Origin: Eledone cirrhosa | Taxonomy: Eukaryota | Direction: 5' to 3' | DNA: 64,000 bases | NCBI GenBank assembly: GCA_964016885.1 | Contig: OZ024743.1 | Span: 89,776,001-89,840,000, forward strand | Shown here: positions 44,119-59,169 of the stretch, piece by piece | How positions within the stretch are numbered: the stretch's first letter is position 1 | How the letters are laid out: each line of letters begins with the position of its first letter | Translations under genes and position numbers: made by a program | Notes under the pieces: generated by a model | What the model was told of the DNA's origin: nothing | Seen by the model: only the letters and a program-made list of their open reading frames with translations | The model's database searches: none

Positions 44119-45547
44119 CTGTGTATGTGTGTGTGTCTGTCTGCACAACGTATATAAATAAGAGTTTGTGCTGCTAAAATAAACAAACAGTAGAAGTCAC
44201 TGATGTAATACCAGTGTGTAACCATTGGTTACTACAACATTACATACGTACATTACTGCTGTTGTTGGTGGTGGTGCTGTTGCTGCTGCTGCTGCTGCTG
44301 TTACTGCTGTTGTTGATGATGATGCTGTTGTTGCGACCTATGTTCCACTTGATTTATACAGTGGAACAGCCTATTCATGAAATTAATGTACAAGTGGCTG
44401 AGTATTCCACAAGCTTATATGTCCTTAACGTAGTTTTCAGATAGATTCGGTATGACACAGTGTGTGACAATGTTGGCCCTTTGAATTACAACTTCTTTTG
44501 GGGTTGGGGTTAGCTGAGTAGTGTGGAGTACCGTGAAATAAAGTGTCTTGCTCAAGAACACAATACACTACTGGGAATCAAACTCATGTACATGCGACTA
44601 CGTTTTGTCCACCCGCGAACCACTAAGTACCGAAACGTACGTTGTAAGCCTCATTGAAAGTGGACTGAGCTAGTACACTATAGAGTAAAAAGCTGGGACG
44701 GTTGTGCTTGCATGGGGCCCCTCGGTGAAATCTTCTTCGAGTCAATCTGATTTTTACTAATGACAAGGGGTCATATATTTGCCATTGTCTGCTACTCACA
44801 CATATACAATTCTCCTACCCTCCTTATCATGAGATTCACCTTGGTATAATATTTATGGTCGCAAAACATTAAATTAGGACCCTTTGAACATCGTGGTCCC
44901 TCTGCTACAGCAAAATCCCTCTCACTTCATCACTGATAAATAGGTAAAGTCACTAACATTAGTCGGTAGTTATGGATTGGCGTTGGATTAGCAGAATCGG
45001 TAGAGCACCAGTCAAAACGCCGGTTGGTTTTGTACGTAAAATCTGTCCAGTGATTCTTTCCTGAACATTCTAACCACATACCCATAGTATCAGAGCTGTG
45101 ATCTCTCAATTCGGAGAAGTACTGGCTCTACTTGGAGTGACTCTCTGATCTCCATGCTATGCATTCTATCGAGTAACGTTACTCCAAAGACCAAATGGCT
45201 GGCTATGATAAATTGTGGGTGTAGGAGATAGCATTTTCTCTTTTTGTATAAATATTTGTATAACAAGTCGTATCTCGACATTTATGAAATTAAGTGTGTC
45301 GAATAAAATGGATTGTAGTATTTCATTAGGACGCTCAACTTTACCTTTCATCCTTTCTGGGTTAATTAAATAAAGTACCAGTCATGTACTGGGGTCAATA
45401 TAAATGATTCTATCCTCCCACCCCTTCCCAATATTTCTGACCATGTGTCTTTGTTAGAAACCATTCAGCAAAATATTATGGTTCTCGTTGCTCCAGTTCG
45501 TTCAGTTGGGGGGAAAATGACTTGTACATGTAATTGAAAGGATTATC

Positions 45548-46299
45548 CTTGTCTCCCACACTGTATCAGGCTGGAGAACTACGTTGAAGATATCCACACG
45601 GCTACAGAATGAGCCCTTGTCTCACACACTGTATCAGGCTGGAGAACTACGTTGAAGATATCCACACGGCTACAGAATGAGCCCTTGTCTCACACACTGT
45701 ATCAGGCTGGAGAACTACGTTGAAGATATCCACACGGCTACAGAATGAGCCCTTGTCTCACACACTGTATCAGGCTGGAGAACTACGTTGAAGATATCCA
45801 CACGGCTACAGAATGAGCCCTTGTCTCCCATACTGTATCAGGATGGACCTGAGAACTACGTTGAAGATATCCACACGGCTACAGAATGAGCCCTTGTCTC
45901 CCACACTGTATCAGGCTGGAGAACTACGTTGAAGATATCCACACGGCTACAGAATGAGCCCTTGTCTCCCACACTGTATCAGGCTGGAGAACTACGTTGA
46001 AGATATCCACACGGCTATAGAATGAGCCCTTGTCTCCCACACTGTATCAGGCTGGAGAACTACGTTGAAGATATCCACACGGCTACAGAATGAGCCCTTG
46101 TCTCACACACTGTATCAGGCTGGAGAACTACGTTGAAGATATCCACACGGCTACAGAATGAGCCCTTGTCTCACACACTGTATCAGGCTGGAGAACTACG
46201 TTGAAGATATCCACACGGCTACAGAATGAGCCCTTGTCTCACACACTGTATCAGGCTGGAGAACTACGTTGAAGATATCCACACGGCTACAGAATGAGC
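45548..46299 (+). repeat. Tandem array, 11 x 68 bp
   Basis: Unit cttgtctc(c/a)cacactgtatcaggctggagaactacgttgaagatatccacacggctacagaatgagcc; one copy has a 5-bp insertion. Confidence 0.95.
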
Positions 46300-46959
46300 A
46301 GTCATCTGTTAATTAATGTTGAGATATTATGTTTCACGTTACTCCAGGCCATTCAGTCCGGTGGAAAGGGTTGTGTCTGTAAATCAAAGGACCACGTTTG
46401 TCAGACACTGCGTCGGGTTGAATCTCCCCGAGAACTGCGGTAATGGAATGTACCTGCCTGTAGGATGCTCAGTCACCTGCACGTTAATTTCACAAGCTGT
46501 GATGATTTCGTTGCTTGAACAATTGGAACATTACTTATCGAAACCCGTGAAGGTCCAACATACATACAGACGCATACACACAAACACACACGCACACACA
46601 CACACAAACACACACGCACGCACACATTCACACCCACATATACACACATAAACACGCAGACATTCACATTCACACACACACACACACACACCAGACTACA
46701 CACACACACACAGACACATGCACCCACACCATACCCAACCACACACACACCACTCACACACACACATATATATATACCCCATTATACACATGCCCAAACA
46801 CACACACACATATATATACCCCATTACACACATACATACACACTTACACACACATACACCCGACCACACCCACACATATCCAATCACACAAACACACACA
46901 CGCGAGCACATACATAACGTATATGTATATCAATAGGTGTTGGCGTGTTGGTGTATTTG

Positions 46960-47345
46960 TATATGAGTATGTGCGTGTGTATGTAGGTGAGTGTGTCTGT
47001 GTGTATGTACGTGAGTGTGTGCGTGTGTATGGATATGTAGGTGTGTGTGTGTGTATGAGTGTATTTGTGCATGTGAGTGTGCAGGTGCGTCTATGTAGGT
47101 GAGTGTGTCCGTGTGTATGTACGTGAGTGTGTGCGTGTGTATGAATATGTAGGTGTGTGTGTGTGTATGAGTGTATTTGTGCATGTGAGTGTGCAGGTGA
47201 GTCTATGTAGGTGAGTGTGTCCGTGTGTATGTACGTGAGTGTGTGCGTGTGTATGAATATGTAGGAGTGTGTGTGTATGAGTGTATTTGTGCATGTGAGT
47301 GTGCAGGTGAGTCTATGTAGGTGAATGTGTCCGTGTGTATGAGTG
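46960..47345 (+). repeat. ~110-bp GT-rich minisatellite, ~3.5 copies
   Basis: atgagtgtatttgtgcatgtgagtgtgcaggtg recurs three times. Confidence 0.8.
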
Positions 47346-47471
47346 TGTACGTGTGTATGTGTTCATATGAGTTTGTAGGTGTCTATGTGTGTATGTAGGT
47401 GTATATAAAAAGCACGTATATTTAGCACATGTATTGATAGAGAGACATTAAAACAACCACTATATCTATCT

Positions 47472-47541
<70 letters not shown>

Positions 47542-47548
47542 ATATATG

Positions 47549-47646
<98 letters not shown>

Positions 47647-47719
47647 TAAACAAGGTTTAGCAAATAATGAAAAAGTTTATGCGTCCCTTAGCGCCTTGTG
47701 CGTGAAGGAACACATATCC

Positions 47720-47753
<34 letters not shown>

Positions 47754-47791
47754 CAAGCACTATATATATATATGTATATATATATATATGC

Positions 47792-47886
<95 letters not shown>

Positions 47887-47916
47887 GTTATATACATATA
47901 TATATATAACAAGCAC

Positions 47917-47948
<32 letters not shown>

Positions 47949-47951
47949 TGC

Positions 47952-48103
<152 letters not shown>

Positions 48104-48280
48104 CTCTCTCTATATATATATAAGGTAGTTAAGTGTCTAACAATGGATGTGGTCTACGTGTAGGAATGTGAATAGTGAGGTGGTGTGATGAGCTCTTAAA
48201 TAGATTTAATCCGAATTTGATTATAATTCACTCAATTTCAGTACGTGTTACTCTTTCTTTTGTAATTATCACAAAACACA

Positions 48281-48362
<82 letters not shown>

Positions 48363-48391
48363 TGTCTGTGTGTGTGTGTGTGTGTGTGGGT

Positions 48392-48422
<31 letters not shown>

Positions 48423-48757
48423 GTGGCCTTTGTAGTTGTAATGGTGACTTTACTTTACAATCTATGTGTGAAAGTGCTTTTGCATATGTAGGTTTATGTG
48501 CGAGTCAAGATGTGTGTATGTGTATGTGTGCGTCTATATGTGTGCAGGGGTGTGCATGTATAATTATTATGTGTAGGAATTGAGTGGGAGTGCGTATATG
48601 TGTTAACGTGTATATGTATGAATGCATGTGTTGTGCGTGTGCCTCCATGTACATGTATATGTGATTGCCTCTATGTATGGGCATGCACGTGTACGTGTAC
48701 GTGAATGCCCCTGTGTGGGCATGAACATGTATTATGTGTCTGCGTAAGTATATTTAT

Positions 48758-48796
<39 letters not shown>

Positions 48797-50914
48797 ATAT
48801 ATATATATATATATGTGTATATATAAATATATATAAATATATATGTGTATATATAAATATATATAAATATATATATATACTTGTGTGCGTTCGTGTGCGT
48901 GCGTGTACGTGCGTGAGTGTGTGCATGCGTGCACGAGTATGTGTGAACGCACGTGTATGTGCGCATGTTAAGTAGGATGTAAAAGTAAATGAAAAAGTAC
49001 AATGACTTAACCCCTTTTTATGGCAGAACCCTAGAAAATATTTAAGCCCCTGAGCAGATACTGACCCCCATATATGTGAGACCTCATATATTAATCCGAT
49101 TATTAACGTGAAGACAGTTACCAGTTGAATAATAATGTAACTCAATTAGGTTCACACGATCTTTAACCCTTTCAATGTCTCAAGTACGTTACTATCAGAT
49201 GAAATGTTCCGCTGTGAAAAGTTAACCCTGTTAATTCGTATATTTCTAATTTCGGCACCCTTAATCATTAGTGCACTACACCTGTCCGTAACTAGCGAAA
49301 CTCCGCTAATTGTCCTCAGGTGAGGTGGGAGGAGATGATCCTGCCTCTCAAAGTTTGTGTTCTATAGAACCCCTCCCGCCTCCACACACACACCACCGGA
49401 TGGTATAAAGGTCTAACAGCTAACTACTTTAAAGGTAGATTTACACAGCATGCACACTTCTTTAGATGCAGGAATAAAGAAAATTCCCCCTCCTTGTCCC
49501 GATTTATCTGGAAGCCCCGAGATCAAGCAAGGACTTCCCCTTTGTAGAATTCATACGCGATAATAAGACACATTGGTTCTCTACAGACATCATAATTTAT
49601 CTTAGCGAGAAATGATATACAATTAATGGTAAAATAATATATTTCTCATCTCTAACAAATTTTAATGATGTGGAAACGAAGTATTGAGGTAACGAATATA
49701 TATGTATTTCTGATATCCGAACCAATACTCAAAGCATTCTTTTTTAATGATTGATAAAACACAAATTATAAATATAATTAGATGCACAGAATAAGACCAA
49801 GGTATTACTTATACAGTAGATACAAGAATATATACCGATTATCGTTTTATTTAAATTGATTTTGTTTCACTTGAACTTATTTCACACACACACACATATA
49901 TATGTGTGTGTGTGTGAGACAGTGCATTTAACAGTTATGGTTATATATATATGTGCGTATGTGTATGTGTATGTGTAATAAGATTTTTATTAACACATAT
50001 CGTAATACGTTATAAGTAAACACTATGTTTCATTCATTTATTTTCTTTTTACATAAATAATCCAAATCAGAAACCTTCAATACATTTGAAAATGGATTCA
50101 CATGAGTAAAAACAGTTAACACCGAAATTATACTATTTAGAACAATAAAGAATATTTCATGTATTGGACCTCCGTTGGTTCCGACGACGACTGTTCCACA
50201 TGTTCGAACAACAGATGAGTCTGCTCTTGAAAATTATATGCAAAGGGCTGAAAATTCCACATACATATAAACACACACATATATATATAAATATATTATA
50301 AAGCTGACGGCCGTATGTATGTAACAAACGGCTGGACCAAACAGCACAAAATTTGCACCATAGATGTAACTTTTTCCAAGTAAGAAAGTGCGGGTATTTT
50401 TGTCTTCTAAATTTCGTTAAAAGATTAAAGATATTTTATCGTTTATTTAAATATCCACTTTTTCAAATTTTCAAATGGCAACACTTCCGGTTATACGACA
50501 TTTCTCTATCTTTCTTAGTCTGTCTTTTTAGATAGATACATAGTTATAACGTCGCGCCCTTATACTATGTTTTTGTATGCCTGGCTGTCTGCATTAGATT
50601 CATAGCTATAACGTCACACGCTTATAATATCTGTCTGTCTAGCTGCCTGTCTGCATTGACTTCGCTTCTAACCAACTTTTAATTAATTCAGTGCAAAGAT
50701 ACCGCACGCCCTGCAATGTTTTTCGAAATATTTACTTCTGCGTGCACAGATTGATTTTTTTAGTTTCAGAAGATCCCGTTAAGGGTGAAAGCAGCGATTC
50801 TTTGCTTAAACTTTAATCTGTTATTTTAATAAATATTTGCTCTACGGTTCTTATATATTTGATATATATTTATCCTTATCGAACCCTCTTTGGATTTTAG
50901 TCTTCAAATTTATA

Positions 50915-53155
50915 TTAAGATGGCGAGCCCTAGCTTTCGACGGCAAAATTACAGGCACAAACAACACCTTCAACCCTAAGGTAACCGAACTTGCTCCTTT
51001 CGAGACGGACCTTCTTGACTTAGTCGCTAACATTTCCTTTCGCAAACACACTAACACCTTTCAAACGAAACTCAAAAACGATATTAAGAAATTTAGGTCT
51101 TCTAATAACACCTTCGTCCTTTCCGACAAAACTAACAATATTTACGAAGTCGACAACATCACTTTCCGCCACCTGGACCATAACGCTATTACTTCTAAAT
51201 ATAAGAAAGCTAACCCTATGGTCTACCACGACATTAATACAGAAGCCAAGGAACTCGCCACCGACCTTAAGGTAGATAAGAAGCTACAATCTCTAGCTAA
51301 GCGAGAGGCGTTCCTCACCCTGAAAGATCACACGGTAGACTTTACTTCTAACCCCACATGTAGACTAATAAACCAGGCACGCACAGATATGGGACTAGTC
51401 AGTAAGGCCATACTTAGAAATATAGTTAAGACCTTTAGGACCAAGTCCAACCTGCCCCAGTGGGAGAACAGCGACTCTGTAATTAAGTGGTTTAACTCCT
51501 TAAAATCCCAAAAAGCGAAGTTCACAGTTTGACTTTGTCGATTTTTACCCGTCGATCTCAGAGACCCTGTTAAACAAAGCATTGGACTTCGCTACCACTT
51601 ATACCACCGTCGATGGTTTAGACAGGGAAATCATCGCTCACTGCCGGAAAACCCTCCTCTTCAACGACGGAGTAGCCTGGGCAAAGAAGTCTACATCTTC
51701 AGACCTGTTCGACGTCTCCATGGGATCGTTTGACAGTGCTGACGTATGTGACTTGGTTGGCCTTTTTATCTTAGACATATTACGTGTTAGATTCCCGGAA
51801 TTCCACACGGGAATATACCGTGACGATGGACTGACTTTATCGAGCCATAAAAGTGGTCACGACCTCGACCGGTTTAAAAAAGACTTAGCTTCTACCCTCA
51901 ATGAGTTAGGCCTTAGGATAACAGTAGCCACCAACCTCTCTAGCGTGGATTTCTTAGACATTAATTTAGACCTTCGCACACACACCCACAGACCCTTCCA
52001 TAAGCTAAACGAGAAACTTAATTACATTCACAAGGACTCATGCCACCCTCCCACTGTTTTTAGAACCTTCGTTAAGAATATCAGTACTAGAATCTCAAAC
52101 CCCTCCTCTAATAAGGCTATCTTTGACAGGGCGGCACCCTACTATAACACGGCGTTGGCTAACAGCGGCTTCTCACAACCTATCATCTACTCTCCCACTA
52201 GCAACAACACCATTAAGAAAAGTAAGCGCAACAATAGACAAACTATCTGGTTCTCTCCTCCTTTCTCACTCAACGTTAAAACCAATTTAGGAAAAAATGT
52301 CTAGCCCTCTTAGATAGACACTTCCCCATAGGTCATAATTCCGCTCCATCTTTAACCGACACAAAGTTAAACTAGGATACACCTGCGCTAAGAACATGAA
52401 GGCCCACATCACCAGCAGCCCTAGGAGCAACACCCCCACCAGGGTGCTCTTGCCGTAAGCCTGAAGCTTGCCCCCTTCAACAACAATGCAACACACCAGC
52501 TGTAATCTATGAAGCTGTGGTCATTTCAAACCGACCAAACGAACCACAGGAGGTCAAATCCTATGTGGCCATGGCGGTGGGCCGATTCAAGGAGCTTTTC
52601 CTGAACCACCAGTCTACCTTCAGATACCCGGACAGACGTTCATCCACGAAACTCGCGAGCCACGTATGGTCCCTCAAGGACTCAAGTATAGGGTACTCCA
52701 TTCAATGGAAAGCCATCACTAAGTCCAAGCCATACGCAAGGGGAAATCCGACGTGTGGCTTAGGTATTGACGAACGAATAACTATCTTAAAGAGATTACG
52801 CAATAGTGATTGCCTAAACACGAGGAGTGAATTTTTCACAAGTTGTCCACACATCACTAAATATCTATTGCATAACTACAAGGCTCCGGACTGATTCTTT
52901 GTAATTTAATTTTAAAATTTTTTTATTTTACTTTCAACCAAAAAACTTTCCGTACTTTCGCAGTTATCTCCCTTACACCCCTCCCCCCGCACGCAGTCTA
53001 CTATTGCCTGCGTGAAGTGACCGAGTTTCTGCGCATGCGCGTTCGTACAGTTGTCCTTCCTGTTCCTATAACCATATACATCCCGAGCTGAAGATCCGCG
53101 AAGGTGAAACAATTGTTCTCGGTATGGTGAACTAACTGTTGTGTAACCACTTCTA
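50915..53155 (+). mobile_element. Penelope-like element (Naiad-like), frameshifted
   Basis: SDKTNNIY, FLTLKDH, PTCRLIN, MGSFDSADVCDLVG, YRDDGL, DFLD, HPP, IWFSPPF..NVKTNLGK, CSC..CPL..VIYEA, LNTRSE..CPH. HHR in the 3' UTR; ends at (TA)n. Clade label from recalled motifs. Confidence 0.9.
53071..53128 (+). ncRNA. Type-I HHR in PLE 3' UTR
   Basis: accata(tacatc)ccgag-CTGAAGA-tcc-gcgaa-ggt-GAAA-caattg-TT-ctcgg-tatggt. Bulged 11-bp stem I, palindromic stem III. Confidence 0.75.
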
Positions 53156-53189
53156 TATATATATATAGAGAGAAAATTGAGGTTGGTAA

Positions 53190-53234
<45 letters not shown>

Positions 53235-53303
53235 ATGTGCATATATGTGTGTGTGTATGTGTGTATGTATATGTATGTGTGTGTGTATGTATGTGTGTAT
53301 ATG

Positions 53304-53375
<72 letters not shown>

Positions 53376-54142
53376 TTAGAAACACACAGATACATGCGGA
53401 CACACACATATATACATGAATGCATCCGCACCCAACTGTGAGTTAAGGGTGCCAACTTCACCGATGTTGCTCAATGAATGACTGGGACAGACCAATTCAG
53501 TTTGAACCAGACTGAACCAGTATCAGAGTTAAAAATACATTATGAAGAGAGAAGAAACATTTAGATATAATTAGTAATAAAATGTATCATACCTAAACTG
53601 CCCATATATATATATATGTGTGTGTATGTATGTGTGGATGAAGGTATGTGTGTATATATAGGTGTAAGTGCACTAAATCCCTTTCTATCAATCTCCCCTC
53701 TCCTACCGAGCACAGGAAGATATATGTATGTATATTGCTTCCACCCCCTCACTGACCAGCAGCTGGCCATCTGGCCATTGCTAAATTTGACCTTTATAAA
53801 ATAACCCACACCCCAAATAACTTCTCATTCACCAGAAGCAGTCAACGAGTTGCTACCAAGATGAAAACTACTATGAAATCCCACAATGAATTCTATACTT
53901 GAATTTTCAAATCTCAAATTTTAACTCTTCTTATTATTAATCTTTCTTAATATTAATCAACATTTGAAAAGATGGCTTTTGCAGACCCATTGAAACCGGT
54001 CATTTTTTATACCCTTTATTATTTCCTTACCTTATAAAATTATGTTTTTTCACAAAAAAGTATTCTGTCTCTTATATATTCCATGTGCCATTACCAACCT
54101 CAATTTTCTCTATAACCTTTGTTTTGTGTAGTAAATTACACT

Positions 54143-54250
<108 letters not shown>

Positions 54251-54565
54251 TTTGAGTCTCAGTCATTGATGTTATTTAACTGGAAAGTTTGTTGAAATGA
54301 ATATCAAGCCGCTACCTGCAGCCTTAGGCATTCAGGACGTATCGGATGATTCTTGCTGTTCCCAGAAAGCATGAACGGCAGTATATGTAGAGGGTCGGAC
54401 GCCATGCTATGCGGCACAGTTACGTCCCTTTGGGGACTGAGTTCAAATACCGCCGAGGTTAACTTTGCCTTTCATCCTTACGGGGTCGATAAAATAAAGT
54501 ACCAGTAATACACTGGGTAATTGCTGGCCTTGTGCCAAAAGTAGAAACAATTATTATTATTATCA

Positions 54566-57500
54566 CCAAAACCATCACCACCACAGTCACCAAAACGAAA
54601 ACAAATAAAACCACACCAACAAAATGTTAAAAACTTCGTGCTTGTCAGAAGGGCCAACGATAAACTGATGGCCCTCTTAGCACGAAGCGAGGACATTGAA
54701 ACAGAGGGGGAGATTTTTGAAATGAGCACATTTTGCGTGCCAGAAGATTTGCTTCTGGTCCGAGTGTCACTCTATTCCTTCAAAGAAATTCGAGAGAGCT
54801 TTCCTCAAGACGTGGGAACCCCGAATGTGAAACCCACATCGAGACTTTTAAAGGGGTTCCCAAAAGAAACCCCACCAACCATGGAGGTCGACCTTCACAA
54901 GACCCCGGAAGGTAAGTAAACCTTCCCTCTCTCTTTTAGCTTGCCAACATGGCCATATTAAGAGTAGGAAGTTTAAATGTTCGCGGCCTGGGGTCACCCT
55001 GGATGCAGGGTCGCCTGCTCAACGACCTCAGGTCGCTGGAAATGGATGTGATTGCCGTCAGCGAGACCAGAATTTCCGACACGCGCGCACTAGCTACCAT
55101 TTTCGACGACTATCAGATCTTCACATCTGTTAGCAGGCCGGGAATTGGAGGTGGGGTGGCAGTGCTGTTTAGGAAAGGACTGGATCTCGAGGTAAGGTCG
55201 ATCTTCCGGGACCCGGACGGTAAGTTGGTGGTCTTGGATGTGAGCAGTAGCGAAGGTGGTGCCTTTAGACTTCTGGCTGTCTACGCCGCTATAGGGACCG
55301 GACGACCGGACTTCTTTAGGCGCCTGGAGACCTTTCTGGGTACGTCTCGCCCTTTACTGTTAGCGGGGGACTGGAATGGCATCTTAGACGCACGCTGGGA
55401 TTGTGTGGGAGTAGCCGAGAGGAGCGGGGGGTGCAAAAGTCTCAAGCACCTACTCAGCCAGTTCCAACTGTCTGACAGGTATCGACTAGATTTCCCCAAT
55501 GTGCCAGTATGGACATGGACCAACCGAATGAGGTCATCTAGATCGTATATAGACAGGATCTTCATTAGAAAAATAGACAGAAATAGTGTAGGCTGCCCAC
55601 TTTTTAAAACGGTCGCCTATTCAGATCACAAATTTGTGATCTGTGAGGTCGACCTAGATAAAACGCGTAGGTTAGGACCGGGTTACTGGAAGCTGAACAT
55701 GTCATTTCCGGCACGTAAGGCTTACAGGGACCGAGTCAACAATTTAGTTAAACAAAAGTTGACAGGGGGGATCATCAATAACAGGTGGTGGGGGGCTCTC
55801 AAAAGAGAGATTAGAGTAACTTCGATATAGTTCAGCAAAGAACTAGCGTTAGAGAAAAATAGAAAGGAGGGGGAGCTGGTAGATAAGTTAGACGAGGCTA
55901 TTTGTAGTGGCATTGCAACTGACGTGCTAGCGGCGAGAATGGCATTAGACCATTTCCTCAATGCGAAACACGAAGGTTGCATTGTCAGAGCTAAGGCGCG
56001 TGCGCTGAGAAACGAGGGAACCAAAGCTGTTCGATGGGCCCGCATGGCGGAGGCGCAGCGTGGTAATAAAACCACAATTCGGTCTTTGGCGGACCGAGAA
56101 GGACACGAGATAAATGATTCCAAGCAGATGTGTGAGGCCTTTCGCCAGCACTTTGCTCGGTTGTTCGGGGGCAGTGGCGAGTCAGAGAGAGTAGCGGATT
56201 TCAGTCCCTACCTTGACGGCTTGCCGCGCATCTCGACGGTCGATGCAGAGCGCTGCGAATGGCCGATTACTTCAGCCGAAATTCAGGACGCTCTTGTCGG
56301 CTGCATGAGGCGCAAGTCACCCGGTTTGGATGGCCTGCCCTACGAGCTTTACGTAAATATGCCAGACTTGTTCTCCGATCTCCTCGAAGCACTCTACTGC
56401 AACTGGCAGCAGAATGGGAGTATTCTCAATTCTGTGAGCAGGGGAGTGGTGACGCTGATAAGGAAAGACGAGAACAAGAGGGATACATTAGACAACTTCA
56501 GGCCCATAACTCTGCTCAACACAGAGTTTAATATTTTGGCCAAGGTGTTAGCAAAGGGATTGGCGCTTGTCGTCGAGGATTTGTTTGGGGAGGCGCAAAC
56601 TTGCGCAAACTTGCGCAATCCCAGCCAGGTCCATACACGACAATCTCCGCCTCATGCGATACATCATAGAGAGGGTAGGGTGTAAACCTGGCTTCGGTAG
56701 GGCACTGATCAATTTAGATCAATCGAAAGCATTCGATAGGGTCGACCATCGGTATCTGGAGTTTGTCCTCAAAGCAGCTGGCTTCGGCCCTGTCTTCAGA
56801 AGCTGGATCGCTGCAATGCACAGCGGCACACGCTCGGTGGTCAAGGTTAATGGCCACCTCTCGGAACCATTTCGGCTCTCCCGATCGGTCCGTCAAGGGT
56901 GCCCTCTCGCTTCCCTTCTGTACGTATTGACTCTCGAGCCTTTACTGCGGGACGTGGAAGGGCGGTGTTGGCTTATGCGGACGACATCACCGTGATGGTG
57001 TCGAACATCTCAGAAATCGAGGTGGTCGGCACCTTATTGAAGGAATATGAAAGGTTGACAGGAGCCAAACTTAAGCCGGAAAAGTCGGTGGGCTTGCAGC
57101 TCGGACCCTGGAGAAGCAAGCCCATGCCGCCCAACAGCGTCGTGGGGCGCTGGACGGACGGACCGGTAAAGTTGCTAGGGGTTTGGTTCGGACCAGACCT
57201 CCAGGTGGAAAAGAATTGGGACGAGGTAACGAGCAGAGTAGCCAGTCTCAACCAAAAATGGGCTGGGAGGAAGCTATCACTGAAAGGTCGGGCGGAGGTG
57301 GCGAATGCGTACATCGCGTCCATCATCTACTACCGCCTGACCGTCGTGCCTTGCCCCCGTCCGCGCCTCGTCAAGTTGGAACGGCTCCTCTTCAAATTCT
57401 TGTGTAGTGGACAAGTTCTGTTGGTGAGGCGGTCCATCTGCTGCCAGCACCCTCTACGCGGAGGGCTGGGCATGCCGTGGCTAATGATGCGCAGACATGC

Positions 57501-58592
57501 GTTGAGGCTGCGACATCTCCAGATATTCTGCCTAAACGGTGAACAGGTGTGGTCGTCGTTTATCAGACGGGCCTTTCCGCAGCTCATTTCTTTGACTGAG
57601 CTGCAGTATGGGTCAAGAAGACACCGAGACTAGGTGACTGGCACCTGGAATGTTGCCAGGCACTCATTGCCCTCTACCAATGCGATCAGTGGAACTTCCA
57701 CTCTCAAGTTCTATAGAGGATTAGTGGTGGGCAAGTGCGATGACGCACTCGGAGAAGCCTTGGGCCTCGACGAAGTCGAACTGACCAGTCTGTACCGGAG
57801 GACTTTCGAGCCGGGGACGATGGACAATTTCCAGAAATCCCTCGCTTGGCAGCGCTACCGGGGGGCACTGCCGGTTCGGGATAAACTCTACAGGCACGGA
57901 AGTGCTGTCAGACGGACCTGCCCAAGATGCGCACAGAACGACGAAACCGTTCTGCACGCACTTGTCCAATGTCCGTGCATTACTGACTTGTGGAGTTATG
58001 TCGAACAGCTACTGTCGCGTGTGGAACGAATCCGGCTATCGGCCGAGTCCATAGTGAAGATCGATCCACCGCTTTCTTTAGGTCAGGAAGAGCAGGAAAT
58101 TTTCCTGTCTGGTGGCAGTTGCGAAAGAGGTTATTTGGTGGACCAGATTAAAAGGACTGAAGACAGACACTTTTCTCTTCGGCCAATCCCTCATCAACTT
58201 CTTCAAGTTTCACCTGGAAAGGAAGGTGAGGGTGGAGAGTGAAGTGCTGCTCCCCAGTACATTTGCTAAAAGGTGGATGAATGTGGCGAGAATGGCTCGT
58301 GTGAATGGGCCTACTCTGACCATGCGCCTATAGGCTAGCTAACTTGAGGAGAGGGGTACTCTCCCTGGGTGCCCTAGAAGCGCAGGATGGTTCAGGATTG
58401 GTGGGGTACCCGAGTCACCCCAGGGTCGTCCACCCCCTATCGGTGAATTTATTTTGTTATATTTATGCATAGTTTATTTTATATTTTTATATCTTCATTG
58501 TTAAATTAGTCTTGCCATTGTGCACTTTTACTCGAGCTTATTGTAAACCCCCACTCGGCCCTTGTGGCTAATAAATGAAATCATTATCATTA
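54566..58592 (+). mobile_element. Tx1/L1-clade non-LTR retrotransposon, 5'-truncated in ORF1
   Basis: ORF1 end 54566-54919; ORF2 from 54949; 3' UTR with aataaa and a (tcatta) tail. Confidence 0.9.
54949..58333 (+). pseudogene. ORF2 (APE endonuclease - RT - Zn knuckle), disrupted
   Basis: SLNVRG, SET, GDWN, IDRIF, SDH, GPGYWKLN, KSPGLDGL, FRPITLLN, LDQSKAFDRV, RQGCPL, YADD, CPRC..ETVLHALVQC. Stop at 55830; 10-bp duplication frameshift at ~56600. Confidence 0.92.
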
Positions 58593-58736
58593 TGGGTAAT
58601 TGCTGGCGTTGTGCCTAAAGTAGAAACAATTATTATTATTATTATCATTATTATTACTATATATGCAAATTTTAGGTGTCAAAACATATCAATTATGTGT
58701 TCCTCAATAGAAGAGCTCTCCCCACCTCTCTCTCTC

Positions 58737-58839
<103 letters not shown>

Positions 58840-58841
58840 TT

Positions 58842-58919
<78 letters not shown>

Positions 58920-59169
58920 TCTCAAATAAAATATTTTCAGTAATACTTAGTAATACACAATATATTTACATGAAACCCTCACACGATATTCACGATAATA
59001 TTCAAGTTACTTAACCTTTATAGTTTTATAAAGTGGTCTTTTTCTTTTTCTTTTCATAAAGAAATTAAGATTTTATAGTTATGTAATTTATATAGCAGTC
59101 TATTGTATATCTACAACCCATTCATCGTTCTGGGAAAAAGTCCATTCAACCAATTTAGGTCTGCAGCTA

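Noticed and set aside
45548-46299. CRISPR-like array
   Set aside because: Units are head-to-tail with no unique spacers, there are no cas genes, and the context is eukaryotic. 68 bp is also not a codon multiple.
49060-49560. Solo LTR (tataaa and aataaa present)
   Set aside because: No TG..CA termini with a TSD could be established.
50290-50710. Helitron-like non-autonomous element
   Set aside because: The start resembles such elements, but no clear 3' hairpin/CTAG end was found.
50837-50914. N-terminus of the PLE ORF
   Set aside because: It belongs to the unrelated dispersed repeat also found at 22625-22825; the fusion is accidental.
51500-52894. Selenocysteine (UGA) recoding as reported for some Naiad PLEs
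   Set aside because: The TGA at 51530 is explained by a frameshift (QFDFVDFYPSI continues in another frame), and the conserved Cys codons I could read are TGY.
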